Assembly (NCBI RefSeq): GCF_004010195.1
Contig: NC_057719.1
Span: 9,649,112 to 9,713,111 of the forward strand
DNA length: 64,000 nucleotides
Source: Chiloscyllium plagiosum
Taxonomy: Eukaryota
Direction: 5' to 3'
Below the pieces are notes generated by a model that did not search any database, was not told the origin of the DNA, and saw only the letters and a program-made list of their open reading frames with translations. Below, in pieces: positions 12,776 through 25,705 of this stretch. The position numbers and the translations under genes are program-made. How positions within the stretch are numbered: the stretch's first letter is position 1; the number at the start of each line of letters is the position of its first letter.

Positions 12776-13957
12776 TGTCAGGGGGTCTTATCTTCTGGCT
12801 GCACAGCTAATGAGAGACCCTCTAGCTCCACCTCCCAACACTGCCAATAAGTCAGCAGTAAGGCCACCAGCGGGAATTAGGACCGTGGGAGATGTCCTGC
12901 CATTGTGTCAAGGAAGACATCTCAACTCACCCCCCCACCCCCTTTCCATCCCTCAAGAGAGCCACATGACCGACCTGTTGAACAAGCTGCATTGTGATAT
13001 ACCAGCTGGGTATTCCCAGCGACTGCGGAACGAGGCCCCCGAGGTGCTCATTCACTGGCCTCCTTTCAGGCCACCCCATCTCCCGGAGCAGAAAACCAGG
13101 CCTGAACATAGAACCGTACAGCACAGAACAGGCCCTTCAGCCCACGATGTTGTGCCGACCACTGATCCTCATGTATGCACCCTCAAATTTCTGTGAACAG
13201 ATGCATGTCCAGGAGTCTCTTAAATGTCCCCAATGACCCTGCCTCCACAACTGCTGCTGGCAACGCATTCCATGCTCTCACAACTCTCTGTGTAAAGAAC
13301 CCACCTCTGACATCCTCTCTATACTTTCCTCCAACCAGCTTAAAACTATGACCCCTCCATTGTAGAAGAACTATCTGTATCAGGGGGTCTTATCTTCTGG
13401 CTGCACAGCTAATGAGAGACCCCTAGCTCCACCTCCCAACACTGCCAAAAAGTCAGCAGTAAGGCCACCAGCGGGAATTAGGACCCTGGGAGATGTCCTG
13501 CCATTGTGTCAAGGAAGCCATCTCAACTCACCCCCCAGCCCCCTTCCATCCCTCAAGAGAGCCACATGACCGACCTGTTGAACAGGCTGCATGGTGATAT
13601 ACCAGCTGGGTATTCCCAGCGACTGCGGAACGAGGCCCCCGAGGTGCTCATTCACTGGCCTCCTTTCAGGCCACCCCATCTCCCGGAGCAGAAAACCAGG
13701 CCTGAACATAGAACCGTACAGCACAGAACAGGCCCTTCAGCCCACGATGTTGTGCCGACCACTGATCCTCATGTATGCACCCTCAAATTTCTGTGAACAG
13801 ATGCATGTCCAGGAGTCTCTTAAATGTCCCCAATGACCCTGCCTCCACAACTGCTGCTGGCAACGCATTCCATGCTCTCACAACTCTCTGTGTAAAGAAC
13901 CCTCCTCTGACATCCTCTCTATACTTTCCTCCAACCAGCTTAAAACTATGACCCCTC
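12756..13957 (+). repeat. About 600-bp direct tandem duplication (12756-13357 / 13358-13957)
   Basis: Two near-identical units starting cattgtagaagaactatctg and ending aaaactatgacccctc, with roughly ten differences; each includes a minus-strand CR1 tail. Confidence 0.95.
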
Positions 13958-14699
13958 ATGTTAGTCGAGGGAGGAGGAGGGAGGCCTAGCTCTCCAGGCT
14001 GAGAAGTTTAGAAAACTGGAATTCTTTACCCAGTGAGGCAGAGAGGGTTACAAACCTTTCCAGGGAAACTGGATTCACATTTGAAGAGGAAGCTACTGGA
14101 TTGTGAGATGAGAATGGAACAACGAGATGGATGTTTGGATAGTTCTAGCAATGACTCAACCGAGTTACAATGGCCTCTTCAGGTAATATTCTCAAATACC
14201 AATTCCCAGGAATCTTGAACTACTGCTGAAGCGAATGATCATTACGTTTTACTGGTTGACAAAGCACAGGCTGTATGTTAAATGAGAAATTGGGGCAGGA
14301 AGTGATAGAAACATTTATCTCTCATGAGGGCCCTGTGATGTAACCGATGGTAATTGACAAGCATTAATTCAGGTCGACTTTCCATCTCATACGGTAGAAG
14401 CTAATTATTACCACCGAGCTGTCGCTGGCAAATCTGGTACGGGGGAGCATCAAACAGAAGGTCTTCCTGCTGGAAGGCCAGTTAGCCCCAATGAGCAGGA
14501 GCCCTTCTCCTCTCTGAAAGGGTTGTGACTCATCCTCTGTAGTTTCGCAACTTTCGCAACTGTGGGGGGAATAGCGACACTGTGTGCTATTGTCGGCTGG
14601 ACTGGTCATCCACAGAGTTCTGAGGAAGGATCACTGGCCCGAAGCACTAACACTTGATTTCACTCCGCAGCTGCTGCCAAACCTGCTGAGCCTTTCCAG

Positions 14700-15150
14700 C
14701 AATTTCTGTTTTCATTAGTAATCCAGGCTAATGCTCGGAGGGAGAGGGGAGGGAAGATGGAGGAGAGGGTGAGGAGAGGGGGTTGGCAAAAGAGATTGGG
14801 AGAGTGAAGAGCAGAGGGCTGGAGGGGAAGGAAGGCGCACAGGTTCAAATCCTACCAGGGCAGCCAGTAGAATGTAACTTCCATTAATAAAACGTGGAAT
14901 TGAAAGCTGGTCTCCGTAACACAAACATGAAGCTATCATTGATTTCCATAAAAGCCCATCTGATTCTCTCAAATGCTTGAGGGAACAAATAAGCTGCCCT
15001 GACCTGTCCTGGCCAGACCCAGAGCAAGGTGGCTGAATCTTAGCTGCCATTTGAAATGGCCTTGTGAGCTACATGGTACAAGAATTATTAGAAGGGCAAC
15101 AAATATTGGACTTCCCAGTGACAGCTACCTTCCCAAGATGAACAAAAACA
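14700..15150 (+). mobile_element. Diverged copy of the 5095-family SINE, interrupted by a purine-rich insert at about 14738-14835
   Basis: agtaatccaggctaatgctc...aggttcaaatcctacc...aagcccatctgatt...gccatttgaaatggcc...gggcaacaaatattgg. Confidence 0.6.
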
Positions 15151-16379
15151 TATTAATGGAGCTAATAGATGTGCAGGAAGCCAGGGTGAAGGATAGGACC
15201 AGCATCATCGGAGGTGCTGGTAACCCAATAATACTTGATGTTACAAGATATCCAATGATTGAAAGTGTCCCTGGGGTTCACATTGTTGTCTGTGTTATTG
15301 TGAAGGCTCAAATTGTATAGAGCTATCCTACCTGATCTCACTGTCACCCAAACAGATGTTTTAATGGAATCAAGACATGGAACACTCAGTTGTGAACCCG
15401 TGTCTCACCCGCTTTGAGCTTTATCCTGCAAGTTCTTTTCATCTCTTTCTTCTCCAGTAAGTCAGAAAAGTAATTGAATAGAGTAAAATAGCCTTTAAAA
15501 TGTCCTTCCCTTAACTTGCTGGAGCAGGTGCGACTTGAACCCAGCTGACCTGGCTCAGAGATAGAGACACATCCACTGCACTACAAGAGCCCTTGGGCCC
15601 TTCACAGACTGTTGAAGGAGAAGACAGTTAAATGGACAAATTTCTAAATTAAGCTGTCATTCCACACTCTCCAGCACTTCAGGGGAGGTGGCTGTTTGGT
15701 GGTAATTTCACAGGACTATCTGTCCAGGATTCATGTTCTGGGGCATGGGTTCAAATCAAAGTTTGAAATTTGAATTTCAAATTCCAAATTTGAATTCAAT
15801 GATGGGGAAAAAAGCATTAGCTTAATGGTTACAATGCAACCATTGTTGTTAAAAAAAAATCCAGCTGGTTCACAACACAGCAATGTGGCTGGCGTTTAGC
15901 TGCTCTCCGGGCATTTGAGGATGGGCAATAAGTGTTGGCCATTTCATGAACTAATTTGAAAGATCTTGCCTGTCATTCAGGCTGAGATTTCTGGTAATAT
16001 CTTACTGAGCAGGGGGCTCTTTACTCAGAGAACCTTTACTGCTGAAGATTTACAAATGGAGAGTGCTGAGCCATTTTAGACAGCGAAAACCACCGGTTAT
16101 TAGCCCGGTCTTAAAGAACCTGAGTTTGATGGCTTGGTTGCATCTGCTCAATGACTGTTTGAAAGATGACTGCTTCTAAATCTCTAGTTGAACCTCAATC
16201 CTATGGTTCTAACATACATTTACCATGTGTGCTGGAGAGAGTGCAAGTTGGAGAAACCTCTTTGCCAAATTAGCTAGTCGTAGGTTTGAAAGAACTTAGA
16301 ACTTCCTACACAGAAATAAGTCAAACAATATAGTCTCCCAGGAAATTGGCGCCAATGACAGCTAAGCACTCAAGAAAGA

Positions 16380-16660
16380 CTTGAGGTTCTTAAACTTTAT
16401 TTCTTTATCTTTTTAGCTTATATTAAGAAGGCCTTAAATGTTAACTATTACCTTATTTCTTTACTTTTTTTACTTACGATGTGATGGTCTGTAATGCTTA
16501 ACTTTTTAAAGCTTTTTCTCTTACTACTTTCTATCTAGGTTTTTGTACTAAGGTACCTTTATATCTAAGATGGCGCAGTGTGTGGCAATATTGTATCCTT
16601 TTTCACTGTACTCCTGTACATGAGTACACATGACAATGAAAATCTAAATTTAAATCTTAT
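16380..16660 (+). mobile_element. Non-autonomous retroelement 3' part with Rex/Babar-like terminus
   Basis: aagatggcgc...ttttcactgtactcctgtacatgagtacacatgacaatgaaaatctaaat; similar end at 27900-27940, 61030-61115 and 62925-63005 (-). Confidence 0.55.
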
Positions 16661-17379
16661 GTATGCCAGTATTCATTCTCCTTAAGAGTGTCTGATGTTA
16701 CCACCCCTAATGTTTGGTAAGGGGATGAGGACCCTGAAATAACCTAGTGATGATTTAATGGAGCTGTTTCCTGAAGGGTGTAGATAGACAGAGTAGGTGG
16801 ATCTCACTCGTTGAAAAACTCTCCAGTCTAGTCCAGACTCCTGATAGACCAGACTACAACATACGTATGAACATACTGATCAAGTGGATAGATTAATCCT
16901 TCCCCAATATAGCTATAAATCAGAGGCCGGTGTAACTATGTGCACCATGCATCACAATATCTTGTATTAATGTACAATAAATTACTTTGAGGCCTGAGGT
17001 CTTGGCTGTCATCTCCTTAATCAGTCTATAAAGTGCCCAAGGGGTCTTGTAGTACAATGGTAATGTCCCTACCTCTGAACTAGGACATCTGGGCTCAAGT
17101 TGTACCTGATCCAGTAGGTTAAGGGAAGGACATTTATTTAGTCCAGTGTACATGTGACTCTCAACCCACAGCAATGTGGCTGCATTTGGGGTTGCTCTCT
17201 GGGCATTAAATGATGGGCAATAAATGGAGGTCTAGTCAGAGATGCCATTCATTGCATGAACTAATGATGAGATGAGAAAATATCTATGAAGAATCCAAAG
17301 ATTGTTGTGTGGCATCAACCCCTGCAATAAAAGACCAGGCAGCATATTTTCTATCCCTTGCAATCCCATTACTTTTTTT

Positions 17380-17550
17380 TAGATTAGATTAGATTACTTA
17401 CAGTGTGGAAACAGACCCTTCAGCCCAACAAGTCCACACCAACCCTCTGAAGAGCAACCCACCCAGACCCATTCCCCTACATTTACCCCTTCACCTAACA
17501 CTACGGGCAATTTAGCATGGCCAATGGACCTGACCTGCACATCTTTGGAC
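17380..17550 (-). mobile_element. HE1 SINE 3' half
   Basis: agattagattagattacttacagtgtggaaacagaccc...ggcaatttagcatggcc. Confidence 0.85.
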
Positions 17551-19596
17551 CAGCTTCCTCACAAATGTATCCATGATATCCTCCAAATGTAGCCCCCGTC
17601 TTCCATTTTCTATCAACTCTCCGGGTAAAGATACTTCTCCTGAATTGGAGCAGAACCTTTTTCTCTTTGTCCACTTTTTTGCCATTTTCAAAGACCTCTA
17701 TCTGGTACCTTCAACTCTTCTGGAGCACAGAGTCTTGGCTTGTGCAGACTTTCAGAATGAGAACAACCCTCTCCTACCATGGCTGTCAGATTGCAATTTT
17801 ATTTTTAGTTTTCCCTGCGCTGGACCTTTTGCAATGTGCAGTTTGTTCAAGGTGCCCTGTTTAGAGTGACCAGGTACAGGTGGTTAACCGACAAAAATAA
17901 TCCTGCTGCAGTACCAAAGACTGACTTACTCAATAACTAACTGGTTAATGACTGCATTCCAACCAGTGAGCAATCAAGACAAGTTTGTAAGCATGTCAGA
18001 GACCGAAGGTAAAGTCACCAGAGTCTTAACAGACTATAAAACTGCTCTCTATTAGAGAGAGACAATTGGTGATAGTTTAATCTGAGGGTCACCACTCCTC
18101 GGGTGAAGGGAGATTTACAAAGACAGAGTCTTTCATGGTAGCCTCAGTGAGTGCAGGGATTGAACCCAAACCAGTGGTCTCACTCTACATTAGAGACGTT
18201 CTGTCCAACCAACTGAACTAACCAAACATTTATCAGAGATGATAAGGTGAAAACAAGCAAAGTGCTACTTTAAAAACTGCAGAAGTGAAAACTGAAATAA
18301 AGTTGCTTTTTGCAATATATTGCTGCCATTTGATCAACAGAAAGAAGCTTCTGTCTCATTATAATGTTTGTGTAAGTATGCATTAATAAAACTCCAAGTC
18401 TTTCCTTTCAACATTTCACCTTTGTGAACCTTTACACAGTAAGACTCTCTGTCAATTGTAACTGGAACATTGTTATACATTCAGCTTTGTTTCAACAACC
18501 ATCATTATAGAGCTGCAGACTTAAGCTTCCAGGTGGTTATGTAGAACGCGTCTGTTTAATCTCGTTTTCTCCCCAAACACTAATTCAAATTGGCCTGTTG
18601 GGGGAAATTAAAACCTGCACTGAAGTGGACAAAGGATGGTCCCACGGCACGTTTACTTGACCCCATAGGCAATACTCAAAGAAGAGTTGGGGAATTCTCC
18701 AACCCCTGGTCAACATTGCTCCTGGGTCAGTGGACTTGAAATGTTAACTCTGCTTTCTCTCCGCAGATGCTGCCGGACCTGCTGAGTTTCTCCAGCAATT
18801 TCCGGAGGGGTGGATGTGGGTCTCATGTGAAAGCAGATGAGTTCTGGTCTGCTGAGGTGTCCCCAGTGAGCTTCCTGCTTGAGATGGTGGTGATTTACGG
18901 TGGGAAGGCCACACCATTGCCTCCATGGAAGGCAGTGTTGGCCAGCTAATGGCAGAGCCTCGATCTATCCCTCTCTCACATTAATTAAAGTGTTCTCCTA
19001 CTGGTGGACACAACTGGAGGCTATCTCAGCGCAGTGTTTTGAGAGGGTCAATACTGAAAGCTATTTCTTCTGGTTAGGGAGTTGAAGATATTTAATGCAA
19101 AATTGCATCTTTGGAAATGCGAAGTAATCCAAAGATGTGCAGGTTAGGTAGATTAGCCATGGCAAATGCAGAGTTATAGGTGCAGGGCGAGGGGGGTGCT
19201 GGGTCAGGATGGGATGCTCTTCAGAGGGTTACAGCAGACTCGATGGGCAGAATGGCCTCTTTCTACAATTCAAGCAGCATAGAAGAAAAAAATGCTTTAC
19301 TGTGAGCACGAAATATCCCACTGTTATGGGATGCCTGATGGAGAGCTCACTGCATCTTTGAACGGAGGAATGGAAAGGCCCATGCTAAGATACCAGGCCC
19401 CTGTCTATGCTGTTAACCTGTGAGGTTCAATAGTATCCCAGTTACAATGGCAATGTTGCTCACATTCACAATAGCAATCTCTGTTCAAGAAGAACTACCT
19501 TTGCAGTTTGTAAATGTTCACTCCTTTGTTATCTTTATAGAGTCATCTCAGTCAATGCTCCCTAGGCCGGTCACCCTCTCGTTCCCCCTCAATTTC

Positions 19597-20000
19597 GAAC
19601 ATAGAACATTACAGCGCAGTACAGGCCCTTCGGCCCTCGGTGTTGCGCCACCCTGTCATACTAATCTGAAGCCCATCCCACCTACACTATTCCACGTACG
19701 TCCACATGCCTGTCCACTGACGACTTAAATGCACTTAAATTTGGCAGATCTACGACCATTGCAGGAAAAGTATTCCATACCCTTACTACTATCTGTTTAA
19801 GGTCTACATATAAAAGGATAGTAGAGGTTTGGAACTCTCTCCCACAAATGGCAGTGGATGCCTGATCAGTTGCTAATTTTAAATTGGAGATAGATTCCTT
19901 TTTGTTGAACAATGATGTGAAGGGATTTGGGCCAAAAGGTATATGGGGTTGGACCACAGATCAGCTTGAGGGGCTCAATGGCCGACTCCTGATCCTATGT
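19597..20000. mobile_element. Two CR1 3' tails in opposite orientation
   Basis: gaacatagaacattacagcgcagtacaggcccttcggccc (-) and ggtttggaactctctcccacaaatggcagtgg...ctcctgatcctatgttc (+). Confidence 0.7.
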
Positions 20001-20004
20001 TCCA

Positions 20005-20345
20005 GTGTCATACAAAATAACACACACCAACTCCTGTTCCTCCATTGCCTTGTACACATTGACCTGCACTGACTCCTCGTTCATCAGCATTTCAATTATG
20101 GAATATTCGCTTTTGCTTTCAATTCCTAGCAAGGCCTCATGTCTCTGTGACACTGTTACCCCTCCAGCCCTATCACCACACAAGGGTGTCTCGCCAATCG
20201 CTGATATTAAACACTTTCACAACCCAGCCCCTACACTCTGGAATTCCATTCCCAAACCCCTCCTCCTCCTCTCTCCCCACACCTCACTTCCTTTAAGACA
20301 GTCGTTAAGACCCATCTCTCTGACTGAGCCTTTATCATCTGTCCT
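20005..20345 (+). mobile_element. Old L2-type LINE 3' fragment
   Basis: Degenerate LHWL-like motif (ctgcactgactc), PAPTLWNSIP and tttaagacagtcgttaagacccatctc (FK..LKT.L), typical of the L2 ORF2 end. Confidence 0.55.
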
Positions 20346-22178
20346 AAAAAATGCCCTCTGAAATAACTCCACAGAGGCTGGTATTCAGCACTCTGGGCAT
20401 TGCCCACCAACACAGCTCTGTCTACACCCAATCCTGGCCACCAGACATAACGTCTTGCCAACAGCTTCCCGTGGATAAGCCTGGTGGAGTTCAGACAGAA
20501 TCTGGTGCAGACCTTTGCTTGGTACAAATACTCTCGCTCCTCATAAATAATATGCTGTCCTCTACGGTGAGCTGGTCTCACCGTATCCACAAAGGGTTCA
20601 ATTCTTTCAGATCCCCTATCACCACCAGCTATTGTAGTTTTGCCAGGGCTGAATCTTTTTGAGTCCACATTCTTATATTGCCAGGGGTGACCGGAAGGGT
20701 GTCCAGAAAGTTTAAAACCAGAACGGAGTCTTCCAGTGACAGCACCACCAGTGGTGTATCTGTCAGCAGGAAGATAGTAGTAGAACTTTCTCACACCAAG
20801 TATTACTACCAAAGCTTCCTTCTCTACCTGGGCATACTTGCACTCTGTATTAGCCAAAGTCCAGGAAACAAATGCTTTTGGTGGTTCTCTCCATTGGGCC
20901 ATCTGTGAGCCAACATTACCCTGATACCATACAGGGAGGCATTGCATGTCAGCATCAGATCTCTCTTGGGATCATACTGTGCCAAAACCTTTGATGATGA
21001 TCGCAGCTTCTTCACTTCCCTCATGCCAATGTCTTGGCTACGTGACCATTTCCAACAATGACCCATTTTTAGGAGTTAATGCAAAGGTGCTAGGATGGAA
21101 GCCAGGTTATGTATTAACTTTTTGTTGATAAGTCATCAATCCAAGACGCAAGCTCCAGTATACATGTGGGAGCTTGGGTACCTTTGGTCACCCTCACTTT
21201 ATCTTCCAACGGGTGTAACCCGGTCTTATTGACTCTGTACCCTAAGCAGGTCACTTGTGGTGCCGGGAACACACATTTTTCCCTTCTAAAGTGTACGGTC
21301 ACCTGGGAGAAATGTTTAAGCACTATGACCAGGTTCCCTAAGTGTTCTTTTATTGCTCCTCCATGTTACTAGCATGTCATCCAGATAAGTGGCGATTTGG
21401 GGTAGACCTTGAAAATGTTCTCCATCATCTGCTGACAAATGGCACAGGTTGATGATACCCCAAAAGGCAGTCTCTTATATTGGTATAAAGTCTTATGGGT
21501 ATTAATTGTAGCATACTGCTGGGAATCCTCATCTGACTGCAATTGCCGGGGTGCAGCTCATCTCCAGCTTTGTGAAGGATCGATCCCCTGTCAGCTGCAT
21601 GTATAAGTCCTCAATGAGAGGGATTGGGTATTTATCCAGCTGCAAAAGGCAGTTTACCGTTCATTTAAAATCCCCACAAAGCGAACAGTCTCACCGGGCT
21701 TCACGATCAGGAGCAATGCTGCTCATTCTGCAAACTAGTCTGGTTTGATGATTCCTTTGCTTTCTAGCCTCCTGATTTCTACCTCTACTTTTGCCCGTAA
21801 GGCAAATGGCACTGGGTAGACATTGCAGAATCGTGGAATTGCTTCCTTGTCAACATGCAAGGTGGCCTTGGCTCCTTTGACAGTCCCGAGACCTTCCTGA
21901 AAAACTTCCAGGTATTTAATTAGGACTCCACTCAGGCAACACTTTCTCACGAAAAATGTTGTGTCAGTCAAGGTGAACCTTTCTCAACCAGTTTTGCCCT
22001 GTCAAGCCTGTCCAAGCCTTTTACTGTGATCAGTAGGAACTGAATAAGCTGCTTCTCATACAAACCAGAACTAAAGGTTGTACCCTTAAGCTGTAAAGGT
22101 TCCCCAGTGTAGGTTATCAATCCAGCTGAGGTCTTATGCAATCTTAAGGGTTTGAGTCCAGAGTGAAGTTTGTTAAAG

Positions 22179-22603
22179 CTGAAAATGTGTTGCTGGAAAA
22201 ACGCAGCAGGTCAGGCAGCATCCAAGGAGCAGGAGAATCAACGTTTCGGGCATGAGCCCTTCTTCAGGAATGAGGAAAGTGTGCCAAGCAGGCTAAGATA
22301 AAACGTAGGGAGGAGGGACTTGGTGGAGGGCGTTGGAAATGCGATAGGTGGAAGGAGGTTAAGGTGAGGGTGATACGGTGAGGGTGATATGCTGGAGTGG
22401 GGGTGGGGGCGGAGAGGTCAGGAAGAAGATTGCAGGTTAGGAAGGTGGTGCTGAGTTCGAGGGTTGGGACTGAGGCAAGGTGGGGGGTGGGGAAATGAGG
22501 AAACTGGAGAAATCTGAGTTCATCACTTGTGGTTGGAGGGTTCCTAGGCAGAAGATGAGGCACTCTTCCTCCAGCCGTCGTGTTGCTATGGTCTGGCGAT
22601 AGA
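22179..22603 (-). mobile_element. Penelope-like element 3' fragment (GIY-YIG C-terminus, UTR, hammerhead) inserted in Gypsy pol
   Basis: Minus frame RQTIATRRLEEECLIFCLGTLQPQVMNSDFSSF; core ctgaagaagggctcatgcccgaaacgtt; TSD tgaagtttgt(t/g)aaag at 22164-22178 and 22604-22618. Confidence 0.88.
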
Positions 22604-23754
22604 TGAAGTTTGTGAAAGACTGGTTCTGTGATCACTGATACAGCCATACTAGTATCAATCTCCATTAGATCATTTAACCGTGCTTTTATTTTGACTGGTT
22701 CTGATTTAGATGCTGCTAAACAATTTAACTGCTTCAAGGCACATGTAGGTGGGTCTTCCAGGGTGTGCACTCTCCTGGATACTGGCCTATAAGTTCTCTT
22801 ACTCAATCAGGCCCTAGTCGAGACTCTTTTGCTGTCTCGAGTCCGCACACCGAGAGCAACTACAATGACTTGCCAGCCAGGATCGTGAAGAAAATATGAA
22901 TCATTTGGCCAAAGCTTGGCTTTGTTTTGGGGATTTGCTGTGGGCTGACCTAGAGTCCCTTCTCCTGAGTGAGGCTATGCAATTGCCTTCTCTAAAGTGG
23001 TGTCCCCCAAGCTCTTTTGGCCTGGTGAGGGAGTCCACTTCCATCGTAATACCCTGTAACTTATATTCTCCACTTGCCGTATTTTCCATTGACAAAGCCA
23101 ATTGAAGTGCCTGTTTGAAGTCCATGTTAAGCTTCAAATGGTCGGCACATTTGCATGGTTACATCATTAATCTCACGTACCAAATGGTCTCTCAGCATCT
23201 CTTGAAGGGTTGAAACAAAGTCACAAGCCTCTGCCAATAATCTTAACCCTCTTGCCAAAACTTCCAGAATGGATTCCACACGTTCTCGAATTGCTGAGAA
23301 AAATCAATAGCATCTCAGAATTCAAGGAGGTTTGGGATTGTAATATTCCTTAACTAAATCTGTCAACTCTTGAAACGTTTTGCCTTGGGGAAAGTTAGGC
23401 TCCTAATAACAGAAAAAGCTGTGGGTCCACAAGCCACCAGGAGAATTACTCATTGCTTTTCATCTGCCCCAAAGTCATTTGCTCGGGAAAAAATAATGCT
23501 TTCTTTTTACATAGTGGACCCTGTCTTCAATGGCAGAATCAAACGAGTTAAGCTTCACAAATAATGCCAGAGATGCTCTCCCTAACTCAAAGACGACTGT
23601 TGCAACCAAATTTCTTCAGGAGTGTATTTTTTTTTCTCTTAGCACCACTGAAATAACTCCACAGAGGCCGGTATTCCATCATCAATTCACCCGTTATTTA
23701 CATGTGCATATTACTTGACGCTGGTCTGGATTCCTCAGAGCCAGCTCTCAGAGT

Positions 23755-23886
23755 CCTCCTGAAGAAGGGCTTTTGCCCGAAACGTTGAGTTTCCTGCTCC
23801 TTGGATGCTGCCTGACCTGTTGTGCTTTTCCAGCACCACTCTAATCTAAACTCTGGTTTCCACCATCTGCAGTCCTCACTTTTGCT
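23755..23886 (+). mobile_element. 132-bp PLE-derived insertion in the Gypsy LTR
   Basis: Perfect 13-bp TSD cagctctcagagt at 23742-23754 and 23887-23899. Confidence 0.9.
23756..23789 (+). ncRNA. Minimal type I hammerhead ribozyme motif
   Basis: CTC-CTGAAGA-A-GGGC tttt GCCC-GAAA-CG-TT-GAG; stem I CTC/GAG, 4-bp stem II, palindromic ACGT stem III. Confidence 0.75.
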
Positions 23887-24559
23887 CAGCTCTCAGAGTG
23901 AACAGAACCTCTGACACTCCTGTTTATATCTGTCAGCCAGGGCTCCCTGATTGGACCAGGTTAACTGCCTCAATCTGGGAACGCATATTCTATGAGGTCC
24001 ACCTGGCTGACCTTGTTACAATCTCTATAACCTCTTATAGTTTGGTGTCGCGAGTGTTGCAAACTGGATTAAATGCATTCTTGGGGGTTTAGTCACCCGC
24101 AGCCCCTTCTCTCGTCTCCAACTATTAGTTAACCAACACATTTATCCACGTAACACATGGCCTTTCGACACCAATCAGAAAATGAAAAGACTAATTTGTC
24201 AATTAGATGATGATTGACAATCAGCCAAACAGTCTATTTGTCTCTTATTTTCAATAATTTTGCCCCCTAATGAGAAAGCTACAGAAAATGGCCTTGGATA
24301 TATAGCCCTACATACCTTTGATGAGCAAAACCTATGCCTCTCAACTTTAAAAAAACATTAATTAAGCTAACATCAAATGCATATTGTGAGAGGCAATTCC
24401 ACAATCCTTCTGCCTGATAGAGGTGCCAAAGCGTGTGTCTGGGATGGATGAGGAGTAATTACTTTGACCAACAGGAAGACTAGAAATCAGATGTAAGATA
24501 ATTGACAAAAAACATCCAGTGGAGAGATGAGGAGAATGTTGTTTTAAAGAAAATATAAC

Positions 24560-24880
24560 TATTGACTCACCACAATGCAGAAGCGGGCCATTCAGCCCAT
24601 CAACTCCACACCGAACAGTATCCCACCCAGACCCATCTCCTCTTAACTTTGGTCCCTGTATTTCCCATGGCTAAACCACATATCCTGCACATCCCTGGAC
24701 ACTATGGACAATTTAGCATGGCCAATTCACCCAACCTATACATCTTTGGACTGCGGGCGGAAACCCACACAGACACGGGGAGAACGTACAAATTTCACAC
24801 AGTCACCCAAAGCTGGAACTGAACCTGGGTCCCTGATACTGTGAGATAGCAGTGCAAACCACTGAGCCACTATGCTGCCT
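24560..24880 (-). mobile_element. HE1-type SINE
   Basis: ggacaatttagcatggccaattcaccc...ggagaacgtacaaatttcacacagtcacccaaagctggaactgaacctgggtccc. Confidence 0.8.
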
Positions 24881-25004
24881 GAGGTTGTGTGACATGGAGG
24901 TAAACACGTTAAAAACTCCCAAACATGAATCAGATAAACATATGGTACTGGAAAAAGATCTACAGGAGTACATGGAGGAGAGAGGCAGGGTCATTTTATC
25001 TTTT

Positions 25005-25705
25005 TCTTATTCACTCATGGCATCACTGGCTGGACCAATATTATTGCCCATCCCTAACTGACCAGATGGCATCAAGGGTTAACCACATTGCTATGGGTCT
25101 GGAGTCGCATGTAGGCCAGATCAGGTGAGGATGGCAGTTTCCTTCCCTCAAGCAGGTTGGTGAACCAGATGGGCTTTTTCCTGACAACCAGCAAATGTTT
25201 CATGAACATCATTAAACTCTGATTTACAAATTATTATTGAATTCAAATGCCACTGTCTGCCAAGGTGGGATTCAAACCCAGGCCCCCAGAACACTACTTG
25301 GGGTCTCTGGATTAATACGGTGCCTCAGTGGTTAGCACTGCTGCCTCACAGCGCCAGGGACCCTGGCTTGAATCCAGCCTCGGGTGACTGTCTGTGTGGA
25401 GTTTGCACATTCTCCCTGCGTCTACGTGGGTTTCCTCCAGGTGCTCTGGTTTCCTCTCACAGTCCGAAGATGTAGAGGTATGGTGGATCAATCATGCTAA
25501 ATTTCCCATAGTGTACAGGGATGTACAGGTTAGGTAGATTAACCAAGGGGAAATGTAGGTCTAGGGTGACAGAGTCAAGGTAGGGTCTGGGTGGGATGGT
25601 CTTCGGATGGTCAGTGTGGGCTCGATGGGTTGAATGGCCTGCTTCCATACTGTAGGGGTTCTGTGAAAATAATTCAGAGATAATACCACTCAGCCGTCAC
25701 CTTCC
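25005..25705. mobile_element. Minus-strand 5095-family SINE with a plus-strand HE1 (25318-25665) nested in its head
   Basis: ttattgcccatccctaactg...ggtctggagtcgcatgtaggccaga...ctctggattaata, then HE1, then gataataccact. Confidence 0.8.

Larger units (their letters stand above)
20359..24031 (-). mobile_element. Decayed Ty3/Gypsy LTR retrotransposon (gag-PR-RT-RNaseH-partial IN)
   Basis: Minus-strand motifs in Gypsy order: gag-like region; protease LMEIDTSMAVSVI; RT PRFCNVYPVPFALRAKVEVEIRRLESKGII, YPIPLIEDL, RLPFGVSS, YLDDML; RNaseH LAQYDPKRDLMLTCNAS...YAQVEKEALVVILGVRKF; IN zinc finger LARRYVWWPGL; many frameshifts. Confidence 0.92.
23649..24031 (-). repeat. 5' LTR of the Gypsy element, with PBS-like TGG immediately internal
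   Basis: tgaaataactccacagaggc(c/t)ggtattc is repeated at 20359-20386; on the minus strand the LTR ends ...gttatttca and is followed by g-tggtgctaagag. Confidence 0.8.

Noticed and set aside
12699..13196. 165-aa ORF duplicated in part at 13506
   Set aside because: A chance frame crossing a MITE, an unclassified repeat and an antisense CR1 tail.
17560..17870. Possible exon or ORFs
   Set aside because: The minus strand resembles an old LINE ORF2 end (aggagaagtatctttacccggagagttgatagaaaatggaa).
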